Assembly (NCBI GenBank): GCA_903910445.1
Contig: CAIVZR010000006.1
Location: forward strand, 2,127-66,126
Reading direction: 5' to 3'
Length of the DNA: 64,000 nt
Source: an uncultured Bacteroidota bacterium
Lineage (GTDB): Bacteria; Bacteroidota; Bacteroidia; UKL13-3
A program made the position numbers and the translations under genes. Positions 17,188-26,702 of this stretch are shown here, in pieces (the first letter of the stretch is position 1; each line of letters begins with the position of its first letter). The notes under the pieces were generated by a model. The model saw only the letters and a program-made list of their open reading frames with translations. It ran no database searches and was not told the origin of the DNA.

Positions 17188-20100
17188 ATGTATAGAAGAG
17201 CACTCCTGATCTTTATCTGGATTATTGCAGCCTTTGCCTCCAAGGCACAGGTGCAAATGCTCACGCACGATACAACAATTTGCAGAGGCTCTACACTAAA
17301 CTTACGAACCCAACTCACCACTTCATACGACAGCGTGCTTGTTGGCGCCCCCGATGATGAATACACCATTGTGGTTGACTTGGGTTTTACATTTAATTAT
17401 TTTGGGAATAACTATACGCAATGTGTGCTCTCAACTAATGGCTATCTTTCATTTAAATTAACCTATGCAACTCAGTTTTCGCCATTTGTCCCTATTACCC
17501 TTCCAAGCGCCTCAGCACCGCTAAACTCCGTATTCCTTGCTTGGTATGATATTTATCCGCCGGCAGGAGCAAGCAATAGTTTGTTTAGTTATTCACGTTA
17601 TGGTACAGCCCCTCACCGTAAATTCATTTATAATATGTGTAAGGTGCCGCTTTATAGTTGCACTTCAATTTTATTTTCTGGGCAGATTATCCTTTATGAA
17701 GATTCTAACAAAATAGAATTACATATCACCAACAAGCAAAATTGTACTACATCACAAAAAGCGGTGCAAGGAATGCAGAACGCCGCAGGATCGGCTGCAT
17801 CAACGAGTCCAAGTAGAAATAATACCGTTTGGAGTGCAGCAAATGATGCTTATAAGTTCATCCCAACCTCTTCGACAACCTATTCTGTATCTTCGATTAC
17901 CTATAGTCCAATTCGAATTTTATCTGAGCCCATTAAATGGTATGGGAATAATAACTATGTCGGCTCGGGATATAGTATCTCCGTCACACCTCAAGTAAGT
18001 ACAAAGTATGTTGCACAATCTATTCATTGCGATACATTGGGTACCAAGGACTCTGTTATGGTATGGGTCGATAATTTCCCATTCGAATTTAGTAAACGAA
18101 GCGAATGCAGAAACAAATCTGACGGGCAGGCCATTGCCAAACCATTGAATGGTGCACCTTTCAAGTATGTATGGAAAACAACTTCGGGCACTATCATTCG
18201 GAATACTGGTTATAAAACTACAGCCGATACCATTCCCAACCTTTCGTTTGGTTCATATACGCTAACCATTAAAGATAGCATCGGCTGCGATTCAACTTTA
18301 AGTTTTTCGATTTCAAAACGAGGGCGTTTCACTATTTCTCCTAGCGATGTCGACTGCTCCCTGAATAGACGCGGGTTATCGATTATAACCCCACTTGATA
18401 CGGAAGGATATAATATAGTTTGGAAAACAAGTGCAGGATCTATTTTACGATCTAAGAGCAACTTGCACTCAAAAGATACTTTGCCCAATTTGATGGAAGG
18501 AAATTATATTGCCTATATAACATACCCCGATAATTTATGCGATACCTCATTTGCTTTCAGTATTAATAAACAAAATAAAATTACCTATACCTTCACTTAT
18601 AATAATATCAGTTGTATTGCAAATACTCGTGGAAGTGCTTTGTTAATTGCAAATAACACCAACCTTCAGCGATATATTTGGAAGGACGCAACCAATAATA
18701 TTATTCGTTCGAGCGGCTGGAAAAGCAGTAACGATACCTTAATAAATATCTTACAAGGAAATTATTCTCTTACCATTCAAAATGATGCAGGATGTGATAG
18801 TACATTTACTTTTCAGATTAGTAAAACCAATTTGCTCTCTTTTAATTTCTCTGTTACCCCTGTGAGTTGTGCCAATAATACCAGGGGCATGGCCATCCTA
18901 CAACCCAATAATAGCAAGCCACAGCAGTACACCTGGAAAAACAACGCCACCAATACTGTGATCCGTTCAACAGGATGGAAAAGCACTGCTGATACCTTAG
19001 CTAATTTGTATGAAGGCTCTTATTCTTTAAATATTGCCAACGATGCAGGATGTGATACCACGTTTGATTTTCAGATTGTAAAATCGGATCCTCTCACTTT
19101 TGCTTTTACAAAAACCAATGTGAGTTGCGCGAACAATACGCGTGGCAATGCCATCTTGTTTGCGAATAATACGAGGTTGCAAAAATATACCTGGAAAAAT
19201 GGTTCAGGTATTCCTATTCAAACCACCAGTTGGATATCCACCAACGATACATTAAAGGATCTATTCGAAGGAAATTATTCAATAACAATTCAGAATGATG
19301 CAGGATGTGATTCCACTTTTGGTTTTCAAATTACCAAAGCCGATTTACTGACTTTCACATTTACTAAAACTAATGTGAGCTGTAGTAATAATACTCGTGG
19401 TGTTGCTGTTATTACTGCCAATAATTCCCGCCGTCAGCAATATGTTTGGAAGAATGGTTCAGGAATTATAATTCGTGCTACCGGCTGGATTGCAACCAAT
19501 GACACCTTGAAAGACCTTTTTCAGGGCTCCTATTCAGTAAGTATTTTGAATGATGCCGGATGTGATTCAACTATTAATTTTCAAATCATAAAAGCCGATC
19601 CTATCACCTTTGGATTCACCACAACTGATGTTAGTTGTTTAAATAATACACGCGGCATTGCCATCGTTACTGCCAATAATTCTAGACCACAGCAATATAC
19701 CTGGAAGAACTCAGCAGGCATTGTGATTCATAGTTCGGGGTGGACCAATAGCAACGATACCTTAAAAGATTTATTCGATGGAACCTATTCGTTGAATATT
19801 CAAAATGATGCGGGTTGTGATTCTACATTTAATTTTATTATTCATAAAATAGGCAATCCTACCTTTGGTTTTATAAAAACAGATATCAGTTGCAATGCCG
19901 GAAACATGGGCAAGGCAGTTTTTGTCACGAACAATGCACGCATACAACAATTCGTATGGAACAATGCCTCAGGAACTGTGATTCGTTCGAGTGGTTGGAA
20001 ATTTGGTAGCGACAGCCTTATAAATCTTACTCCTGGTGGATATTCTTTGTACGTGCTAAATGATGCCGGATGTGACACTTTCTTCACCTTTACGATTCAA

Positions 20101-23100
20101 AAATCGAGTACTATTCCACTTCAATTAAATGTGCTACCCGTTTTCTGCGACTCCAGTAGCAGAGGTATTGCCATAGCTACAATTTCAAATGGCTATGCAC
20201 ATACCTATACCTGGAAAAATGCAGCGGGTACAGTAATTCGCCGTACCATATCGCGCCTTGGAGCCGATACACTCGATAATCTGGCCTTAGGCAACTATTC
20301 TGTATTGATTCAAAATCCCAATACCTGCGATACTACCATCAACTTCACTATTATAAAAGTAAATAAGATCCCTTTTACAACCACCATTACCGATGTGAAC
20401 TGTGCTTCAGGAAACAGAGCATCTTTCATATTGAAACCAACCTGGGTTGATGCTCATAATTATACCTGGAAAGACAGTACAAATACAATCATACGTTATA
20501 CTGATTACAGGCAAGGGGCTGATACTATAGGCAATTTAAAACGTGGCACCTATTCTGTTAATATGTCGAATCAAGTAGGGTGTGATACCACCCTATTTTT
20601 CACTATTAGAAATAACAATTCTATTCCGTTCAATTTACAAATTACACATGCCAACTGCGCTGCTGGAAATCACGGAATGGCCGTATTTACAGCACTTAAC
20701 GCGGCTTCCCACAGTTATATCTGGATGGATAGCGCTTCTGGTAATGTACGGAAAACTGCTTCGAATATTGTAGGAAGCGATACTATAAAATCATTACTTG
20801 AAGGAAGTTATAAAGTATATGTTCAAAATACTGCAGGTTGTGATACGATGATTTATTTCCGAATCAGAAAAATTAATTCAATCCCATTTGCATTAACAAT
20901 AACCAAGGTAAATTGTGCTACAGGCAGCGAAGGATTCGCAATAATTAAAGTATTGAATAATGCATTACATAATGTAATTTGGATGGACAGTGCCAGCAGT
21001 AACATCTTGCATACACATAATAATTTTAGTGTAAGCGATACCCTTCCCACCCTACTTCAAGGAAGTTATAAATTATTATTGAGTAATAATATTGGTTGCG
21101 ATACCTTACTGTATTTTAGAGTTATAAAAGAGAAATCCATTCCTTTCACACTAAAAACAACCGCTGTAAATTGCGCTACAGGCGCACTTGGATATGCAGT
21201 ATTTGGTGCTCTCAATACTGCTCAGCACAATGCATTGTGGATGGATAGTGCCACAAGCACTACTTTACAATCTACCAATTACTTCAAAGGAAATGACACA
21301 CTGAAAGCTTTACTGGAAGGTAGTTACAAGGTTTTAATAAGCAATGAGGTGGGTTGTGATACCTTACTCTATTTCAAAATAGCAAAAGAAAAATCGATTC
21401 CGTTTAGCCTAAAATTAACTCAGGTGAATTGTGCAACTGGTGCATACGGCTATGCTATTTTCAAGGCACAAAATACGGCGCTTCATAGTACGATTTGGAT
21501 GGATAGTGCTACAGGTAATATTATTCATACTGCCAATAATTTAAGTGATGCGGATACAGCAAAAAATTTACTCGAAGGAGCCTATAAAGTGTTGGTGAGT
21601 AATAAGGTGGGTTGCGATACGCTGCTTTATTTCCATATTGTTAAAGAAAAATTCATTCCTTTTCAAATTGCTCTAACGCAGGTAAATTGCGCAACAGGTG
21701 CTTATGGTTATGCCCAGTTTATGGCTAATAACACAGCACTTCACAATACCATTTGGATGGATAGTGCAACGAGTAAAGTACTTCATAGTGCCAATAATAT
21801 TGCTAACATTGATACTGCTAAAAATTTACTAGAAGGCAATTACAAGATTTTGATTAGTAATAATGTTGGTTGCGATACCTTAGTTTATTTTCATCTTGTA
21901 AAAGAAAAATCGATTCCATTTGATCTTCGAATTACACAGGTTAATTGTGCTACCGGGGCACCAGGGTTTGCTATTTTCAAGGCATTAAATACGGCACTTC
22001 ACAATACCATATGGATGGATAGCGCCACAGGAAACGTACTTCATACTGCCAATAATATAAATTCGGGCGATACCGTAAAAGGCTTGCTGGAAGGTCATTA
22101 TAAAGTTCTTGTAAGTAATCAGGTGGGGTGCGATACCATACTCTATTTTCATATTGTAAAAGAGAATACCATTCCACTCAATATCGATATCACCCCCGTG
22201 AATTGTGCAACAGGAGCCCACGGCTATGCTGTATTTAAAGCATTGAATTCAGCGCTTCACAATACCATTTGGATGGATAGTGCCAGCGGTAATGTGCGGC
22301 ATACTGCCAGTAATATTTCAAATACAGATACTGTTAAATTACTTCTGGAAGGCAGTTACAAAGTATTGGTGAGCAACCTGGTAGGCTGCGATACGTTGAT
22401 TTACTTCCGAATGGTGAAGGAACGATCGATTCCTTTCAATGTGTCGCCAGTGAATATTAGTTGCGCTGCAGCAGCTCGAGGTTATGCAATCATCACCGCC
22501 ATTAATAATACCCCACATACAATTATTGTAACCGATAGTGCAAGTGGCATTGTTGTGCATACTGCAACCAATATCACGATTGCGGATACAATTAAAAATT
22601 TATTGCTAAGCACTTATAAAATATATTTTAGCAATGCTGTGGGTTGCGATACTTTCACTTATTTCCGTATTCGTAAATCACTTACCATTCCATTGATTGT
22701 AAATACCAAACGGGTGAGCTGCCGCAATGGCAACGACGGGCAAGTTATCATTCAAACGCTCAATAGTGGCCGTTATCAATATCAATGGTTTAGCAATACC
22801 AATGTTTTATTGCGTACTACCAGCAATCGGCCTCAGGCAGATACATTATCAGGATTAGTTTCTGGCAGGTACAAAGTGCATATCACCGATGAGCTAACTT
22901 TCTGTGATACTTCGTTTAACTTTTATATAGATACAAATTACTATCAGGTGGATTTTACATTCAACACGTTATACTTATGCGGGTCGTATGGGTTTACCAA
23001 TACCTCGGTAGGACGTTTTGTAAAATACGAATGGGATTTTGGAGATGGCAATACGAGTACAGATATAAATCCTACTCATTTGTATTTGAATGATGGAACC

Positions 23101-23916
23101 TATACAATTCTGCTCAAGGCATCATCCAATCTGGGATGTATTGATACCGTTTCAAAAACGACCGTGGTGCATGTAATGCCCGGTTATCAATTACTGGCTG
23201 ATGATACTGCAGTTTGTAATGGAACACCAATCGCTTTTAATAGTCCGCTGCATCCTCTCATTGATAGCAGTGAATGGAATTTTGGAGATGGGACGAAGGA
23301 CAGGCGGGTGCAAGTAACTCATACCTACAGTAAGCCTGGTGATTATAAAGTCGGCTTAAAGGCTTATACTCATTATTGCAAAGACACGATTCGTTATTTC
23401 AATATCCACGTTTATAAGTTTCCATATTTTAAACTCCGAAACGATACCACCATTTGTTCTCCCAATGAATTGGTTATCTCCGATAATCAAAATGATGCAC
23501 TCACAACGCATCAATGGAATACAGGGGAAACGGGAGCGTCCATCACCATTAATAAAACAGGTGTCTATATTTGTACAGCCACCCGAAACGAATGCAATTA
23601 TACCGATACCATTGTCATTCATAAAGCTTGTCCCGAATATTTGCCCAATGCCTTTTCTCCAAATAAGGATGGTATCAATGATCGATTCTTATTTACCTGG
23701 CAATTACCTTATGATTTAGAAGGCGATTATACCTTGAGAATTTACAATCGTTGGGGGCAACTCATTTACGAAACCCACGACCCATCGGTTGATGGATGGG
23801 ATGGCATGAGTAATGGTGAGGCCGTTCCAGAAGGCATGTATATTTATACCCTGGATGCCCTATTTTATGATGTACGAATGAAACATTTCAAGGGAACGAT
23901 TCAAGTAATTCGTTAA
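17188..23916 (+). CDS. Giant SprB-repeat cell-surface adhesin (gliding-motility-associated): about 19 SprB-type repeats, 2 PKD domains and a T9SS type-B C-terminal domain
   Basis: Signal peptide MYRRALLIFIWIIAAFASKAQ, using the internal Met at 17188. There are about 19 repeats of about 85 aa with a conserved C...N.RG...........Y.W.........DT...L..G.Y.......GCD....F.I pattern. Two PKD domains follow (EWDFGDGNTST..., EWNFGDGTKD...). The C-terminal ...YLPNAFSPNKDGINDRF...YNRWGQLIYET... matches TIGR04131 / CHU_C, the type-B CTD. Confidence 0.85.
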   Translation: MYRRALLIFIWIIAAFASKAQVQMLTHDTTICRGSTLNLRTQLTTSYDSVLVGAPDDEYTIVVDLGFTFNYFGNNYTQCVLSTNGYLSFKLTYATQFSPFVPITLPSASAPLNSVFLAWYDIYPPAGASNSLFSYSRYGTAPHRKFIYNMCKVPLYSCTSILFSGQIILYEDSNKIELHITNKQNCTTSQKAVQGMQNAAGSAASTSPSRNNTVWSAANDAYKFIPTSSTTYSVSSITYSPIRILSEPIKWYGNNNYVGSGYSISVTPQVSTKYVAQSIHCDTLGTKDSVMVWVDNFPFEFSKRSECRNKSDGQAIAKPLNGAPFKYVWKTTSGTIIRNTGYKTTADTIPNLSFGSYTLTIKDSIGCDSTLSFSISKRGRFTISPSDVDCSLNRRGLSIITPLDTEGYNIVWKTSAGSILRSKSNLHSKDTLPNLMEGNYIAYITYPDNLCDTSFAFSINKQNKITYTFTYNNISCIANTRGSALLIANNTNLQRYIWKDATNNIIRSSGWKSSNDTLINILQGNYSLTIQNDAGCDSTFTFQISKTNLLSFNFSVTPVSCANNTRGMAILQPNNSKPQQYTWKNNATNTVIRSTGWKSTADTLANLYEGSYSLNIANDAGCDTTFDFQIVKSDPLTFAFTKTNVSCANNTRGNAILFANNTRLQKYTWKNGSGIPIQTTSWISTNDTLKDLFEGNYSITIQNDAGCDSTFGFQITKADLLTFTFTKTNVSCSNNTRGVAVITANNSRRQQYVWKNGSGIIIRATGWIATNDTLKDLFQGSYSVSILNDAGCDSTINFQIIKADPITFGFTTTDVSCLNNTRGIAIVTANNSRPQQYTWKNSAGIVIHSSGWTNSNDTLKDLFDGTYSLNIQNDAGCDSTFNFIIHKIGNPTFGFIKTDISCNAGNMGKAVFVTNNARIQQFVWNNASGTVIRSSGWKFGSDSLINLTPGGYSLYVLNDAGCDTFFTFTIQKSSTIPLQLNVLPVFCDSSSRGIAIATISNGYAHTYTWKNAAGTVIRRTISRLGADTLDNLALGNYSVLIQNPNTCDTTINFTIIKVNKIPFTTTITDVNCASGNRASFILKPTWVDAHNYTWKDSTNTIIRYTDYRQGADTIGNLKRGTYSVNMSNQVGCDTTLFFTIRNNNSIPFNLQITHANCAAGNHGMAVFTALNAASHSYIWMDSASGNVRKTASNIVGSDTIKSLLEGSYKVYVQNTAGCDTMIYFRIRKINSIPFALTITKVNCATGSEGFAIIKVLNNALHNVIWMDSASSNILHTHNNFSVSDTLPTLLQGSYKLLLSNNIGCDTLLYFRVIKEKSIPFTLKTTAVNCATGALGYAVFGALNTAQHNALWMDSATSTTLQSTNYFKGNDTLKALLEGSYKVLISNEVGCDTLLYFKIAKEKSIPFSLKLTQVNCATGAYGYAIFKAQNTALHSTIWMDSATGNIIHTANNLSDADTAKNLLEGAYKVLVSNKVGCDTLLYFHIVKEKFIPFQIALTQVNCATGAYGYAQFMANNTALHNTIWMDSATSKVLHSANNIANIDTAKNLLEGNYKILISNNVGCDTLVYFHLVKEKSIPFDLRITQVNCATGAPGFAIFKALNTALHNTIWMDSATGNVLHTANNINSGDTVKGLLEGHYKVLVSNQVGCDTILYFHIVKENTIPLNIDITPVNCATGAHGYAVFKALNSALHNTIWMDSASGNVRHTASNISNTDTVKLLLEGSYKVLVSNLVGCDTLIYFRMVKERSIPFNVSPVNISCAAAARGYAIITAINNTPHTIIVTDSASGIVVHTATNITIADTIKNLLLSTYKIYFSNAVGCDTFTYFRIRKSLTIPLIVNTKRVSCRNGNDGQVIIQTLNSGRYQYQWFSNTNVLLRTTSNRPQADTLSGLVSGRYKVHITDELTFCDTSFNFYIDTNYYQVDFTFNTLYLCGSYGFTNTSVGRFVKYEWDFGDGNTSTDINPTHLYLNDGTYTILLKASSNLGCIDTVSKTTVVHVMPGYQLLADDTAVCNGTPIAFNSPLHPLIDSSEWNFGDGTKDRRVQVTHTYSKPGDYKVGLKAYTHYCKDTIRYFNIHVYKFPYFKLRNDTTICSPNELVISDNQNDALTTHQWNTGETGASITINKTGVYICTATRNECNYTDTIVIHKACPEYLPNAFSPNKDGINDRFLFTWQLPYDLEGDYTLRIYNRWGQLIYETHDPSVDGWDGMSNGEAVPEGMYIYTLDALFYDVRMKHFKGTIQVIR

Positions 23917-24095
23917 GCAATTTATAGTCTTTTTTTCGCATTCCCATTTTTTAAATAAGTATTAAATCTAGAGGCATGACTGCAATCATCTGATCCTCTG
24001 ATGCCAATCATATTCTTCTGTAACCTAAGTGACACACCACCCTATTTTGTTGTCGGAACTTTGTGCCGTGTTAGAGACTAAATGTCTAACAGCCA

Positions 24096-25331
24096 ATGAA
24101 AAATCTAATAATTTTGGGTGGCGGAACAGCCGGCACCATGATGGCAAATCACTTGAACCATCACCTTAAAAATCCCGATTGGTTAATCACAATAATCGAC
24201 GAAAAAGAAGAGCACCATTACCAACCTGGCTATCTTTTCCTTCCATTCGATATTTATACCCCGGAAGATATTATTAAAACCATCGATGAATTCATTCCCA
24301 AAGGTGTGAATTTGATTCGTCAAAAGATTGATAGCATCGATGCCAACCGTAATATGGTAATGCTGCAAAATGGCGCAGTGATGCCTTATGATGTGCTCAT
24401 CGTCGCTACTGGGGCGAAAATTGCGCCGGAAGAAACCGAAGGGATGCAAGGATCTGAATGGCAAAAATCGGTTTTCGATTTCTATTCATTTGAAGGTTCA
24501 CTTGCATTAAGAAATAAATTGCGCGATTGGGAAGGTGGCAAACTGGTGGTTCATATCACCGAGATGCCTATCAAATGCCCGGTGGCTCCACTTGAATTTG
24601 CTTTCTTAGCTGACTCTTTTTTCAAGCACAAGCACATGCGCGATAAAGTAGAGATTACTTATGTTACCCCATTGAGTGGCGCATTCACCAAACCCAAAGC
24701 TACCGAGGCATTGGAGCATTTACTTGAAGAGAAACATATTAAGATTGAGAGTGACTTCGCCATCGAACGAGTGGATAATGAAACAAAAGAAATTATTGAT
24801 TATGGTGGTCGTACCATCCCTTTCGACATACTTGTTACCGTTCCAACCAATAAAGGGGACGCTTTAATGGAGCGCTCAGGATTAGGCGATGATTTAAACT
24901 ATGTGCCTACCAACAAAGCTACCTTGCAATCGGTTGCTCATCAAAATATTTTTGTATTGGGCGATGCAAGTAATATTCCAGCTTCAAAAGCAGGTTCAGT
25001 AGCCCATTTCGAGGCCGAGATCCTCACCGAAAATATATTAAACTTTGTGCATGGGTTACCATTAAAAGAAGAATTCGATGGACACGCCAATTGCTTTATT
25101 GAAACCGGAAACGGAAAAGCATTATTAATCGATTTTAATTATACCCATGAACCCGTGGAAGGCACCTTTCCTTTCCCTGGCCTCGGACCGCTCCGTTTAC
25201 TCAAGGAAAGCCGCATGAATCATATGGGTAAGCTGGCCTTTCGTTGGATTTACTGGAACGTACTTTTGAAAGGAACACATATCCCATTTGTTTCTGCTAC
25301 CATGTCGGAAAGCGGAAAACACTATCAATAA
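24096..25331 (+). CDS. FAD-dependent pyridine nucleotide-disulfide oxidoreductase, sulfide:quinone oxidoreductase (SQR)-like
   Basis: MKNLIILGGGTAGTMMANHL is a Rossmann motif. The conserved cysteine context (IKCPVAP and a late NC) and a length of 411 aa fit SQR. It is adjacent to TusE/DsrC and DsrE genes. Confidence 0.65.
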   Translation: MKNLIILGGGTAGTMMANHLNHHLKNPDWLITIIDEKEEHHYQPGYLFLPFDIYTPEDIIKTIDEFIPKGVNLIRQKIDSIDANRNMVMLQNGAVMPYDVLIVATGAKIAPEETEGMQGSEWQKSVFDFYSFEGSLALRNKLRDWEGGKLVVHITEMPIKCPVAPLEFAFLADSFFKHKHMRDKVEITYVTPLSGAFTKPKATEALEHLLEEKHIKIESDFAIERVDNETKEIIDYGGRTIPFDILVTVPTNKGDALMERSGLGDDLNYVPTNKATLQSVAHQNIFVLGDASNIPASKAGSVAHFEAEILTENILNFVHGLPLKEEFDGHANCFIETGNGKALLIDFNYTHEPVEGTFPFPGLGPLRLLKESRMNHMGKLAFRWIYWNVLLKGTHIPFVSATMSESGKHYQ

Positions 25332-25352
25332 ACCCTTTAAACAATTATAAAA

Positions 25353-25661
25353 ATGAACGCATCAATTGCAGGTAAAGAATTTACCGTTAACGAAGAAGGT
25401 TACCTCACCGATTTTAATCAGTGGAATGAACAAATAGGCGAATCAATCGCGGCAGGAGCAAATATAACCCTTACCCCTCGTCATTGGGAAGTGATTAAAT
25501 ATTTACAGAACGAGCATAAGAGCCAAGTTGCTTTAAGTATTCGAAGAGTAGGGAAAAGTGGGGTGGTTGATATCAAAGAATTTTATGCCCTGTTCCCAAA
25601 TGCTCCCCTAAAAACAGCGACTAAAATTGCTGGTGTCCCAAAACCCGCCAGCTGTATCTAA
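25353..25661 (+). CDS. TusE/DsrC family sulfur-relay protein
   Basis: 102 aa with EGYL...W.E.......EGI.LT..HWEVI..LQ. The C-terminal arm GVPKPASCI carries the penultimate conserved Cys. Confidence 0.75.
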   Translation: MNASIAGKEFTVNEEGYLTDFNQWNEQIGESIAAGANITLTPRHWEVIKYLQNEHKSQVALSIRRVGKSGVVDIKEFYALFPNAPLKTATKIAGVPKPASCI

Positions 25662-25682
25662 ACTTTTAAATTTAAAATTATC

Positions 25683-26165
25683 ATGGAAAATAATAATGGA
25701 AAAATAAGAAAGATGATGATCATCTTATCTAAAGGAACCTTAGAAAATGTATACGCTGCCTTTGTTCTAGCCAATGGGGCACGTATGGAAGGCATCGAAG
25801 CAGAAATGTTTTTTACCTTCTTCGGATTGGAAGCCATTCATAAGAAAAAATTAGAGCACTTACATGTAGCAACCGTAGGTAACCCCGCTATGCACATGCC
25901 TACCATGTTAGGTGGATTGCCTGGAATGGAATCGCTTGCCTCCATCATGATGAAAAAGGAAATGGAGAAAATTGATATGCCCGATGTTCATGAATTTTTG
26001 GATATCCTAAGTGCATCAGGTGTAAAACTATGGGCATGCAAATTGGCCATGGATATGTTTCACTATAAAAAAGAAGATTTATATGAGGGCGTAGATGCCA
26101 TCATTACTGTGGGCGATTTTTATAAGCAAAGTGAAGGTGAAGGCGTACATATGTTGATGGTATAA
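25683..26165 (+). CDS. DsrE/DsrF-like family protein (sulfur relay)
   Basis: 160 aa with the DsrE-like core MMIILSKGTLENVYAAFVLANGA...KLWACKLAMDM. It lies in a sulfur-trafficking context. Confidence 0.55.
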   Translation: MENNNGKIRKMMIILSKGTLENVYAAFVLANGARMEGIEAEMFFTFFGLEAIHKKKLEHLHVATVGNPAMHMPTMLGGLPGMESLASIMMKKEMEKIDMPDVHEFLDILSASGVKLWACKLAMDMFHYKKEDLYEGVDAIITVGDFYKQSEGEGVHMLMV

Positions 26166-26236
26166 AAAAGGAAGATGCGAGATGATGAGACATCGACGCG
26201 GAGGATTGGTGAGATTGAGAAGTTCGTGATGTTAAA

Positions 26237-26270
26237 CCCCAGAAAGTAGTGACTTCTGGGGTTTTTGTTT
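26237..26270 (+). terminator. Rho-independent terminator after the SQR-TusE-DsrE operon
   Basis: ccccagaa-N9-ttctgggg stem followed by tttttgttt. Confidence 0.8.
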
Positions 26271-26396
26271 ACCATTATTCGCTCCAATGCTTCATTGTGA
26301 TTTTCAATTTCAATTCGAAAAACTGACCAATATCAAACTTTCTCTCCGAAGGTTCTTTTACTTTCGCGGAATGGTTGAAAATGAACCATGTACTAA

Positions 26397-26702
26397 ATGC
26401 CAGCAATTAATACACCCGAAAAACAATTGGAGCACTTGCGCAAGCAACTTCATTCACAGGATCGTGAATTGTTATTGGTATTAAAAAAACGGATGCAATT
26501 GGCTTCGAAAATTGGCACTTTAAAAGCGAAAAATGATTGGGATATTGCCCAAAATGAATACTGGGAGAAAACAGTGGAAGCGCGCTCGAAGCTAGCTCAA
26601 AAACTAGGTTTGAATGAGGTTTTAGTAAAACAACTTTTTTTAAAAATTCATAGCGAATCGAAAAAAGCCCAACAAGAAATTATTACAAATCGTAAAAAAT
26701 GA
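26397..26702 (+). CDS. Chorismate mutase (AroQ class, monofunctional)
   Basis: LEHLRKQLHSQDRELLLVLKKRMQLASKIGTLK matches the AroQ helix-1 pattern L..LR..ID.ID..LL.LL..R......IG..K. The protein is 101 aa. Confidence 0.7.
   Translation: MPAINTPEKQLEHLRKQLHSQDRELLLVLKKRMQLASKIGTLKAKNDWDIAQNEYWEKTVEARSKLAQKLGLNEVLVKQLFLKIHSESKKAQQEIITNRKK

Noticed and set aside
26287-26484. 65-aa + strand ORF overlapping the start of the chorismate mutase gene
   Set aside because: It is in a different frame from the CM ORF, which has the conserved AroQ helix pattern, and it has no homology signal.
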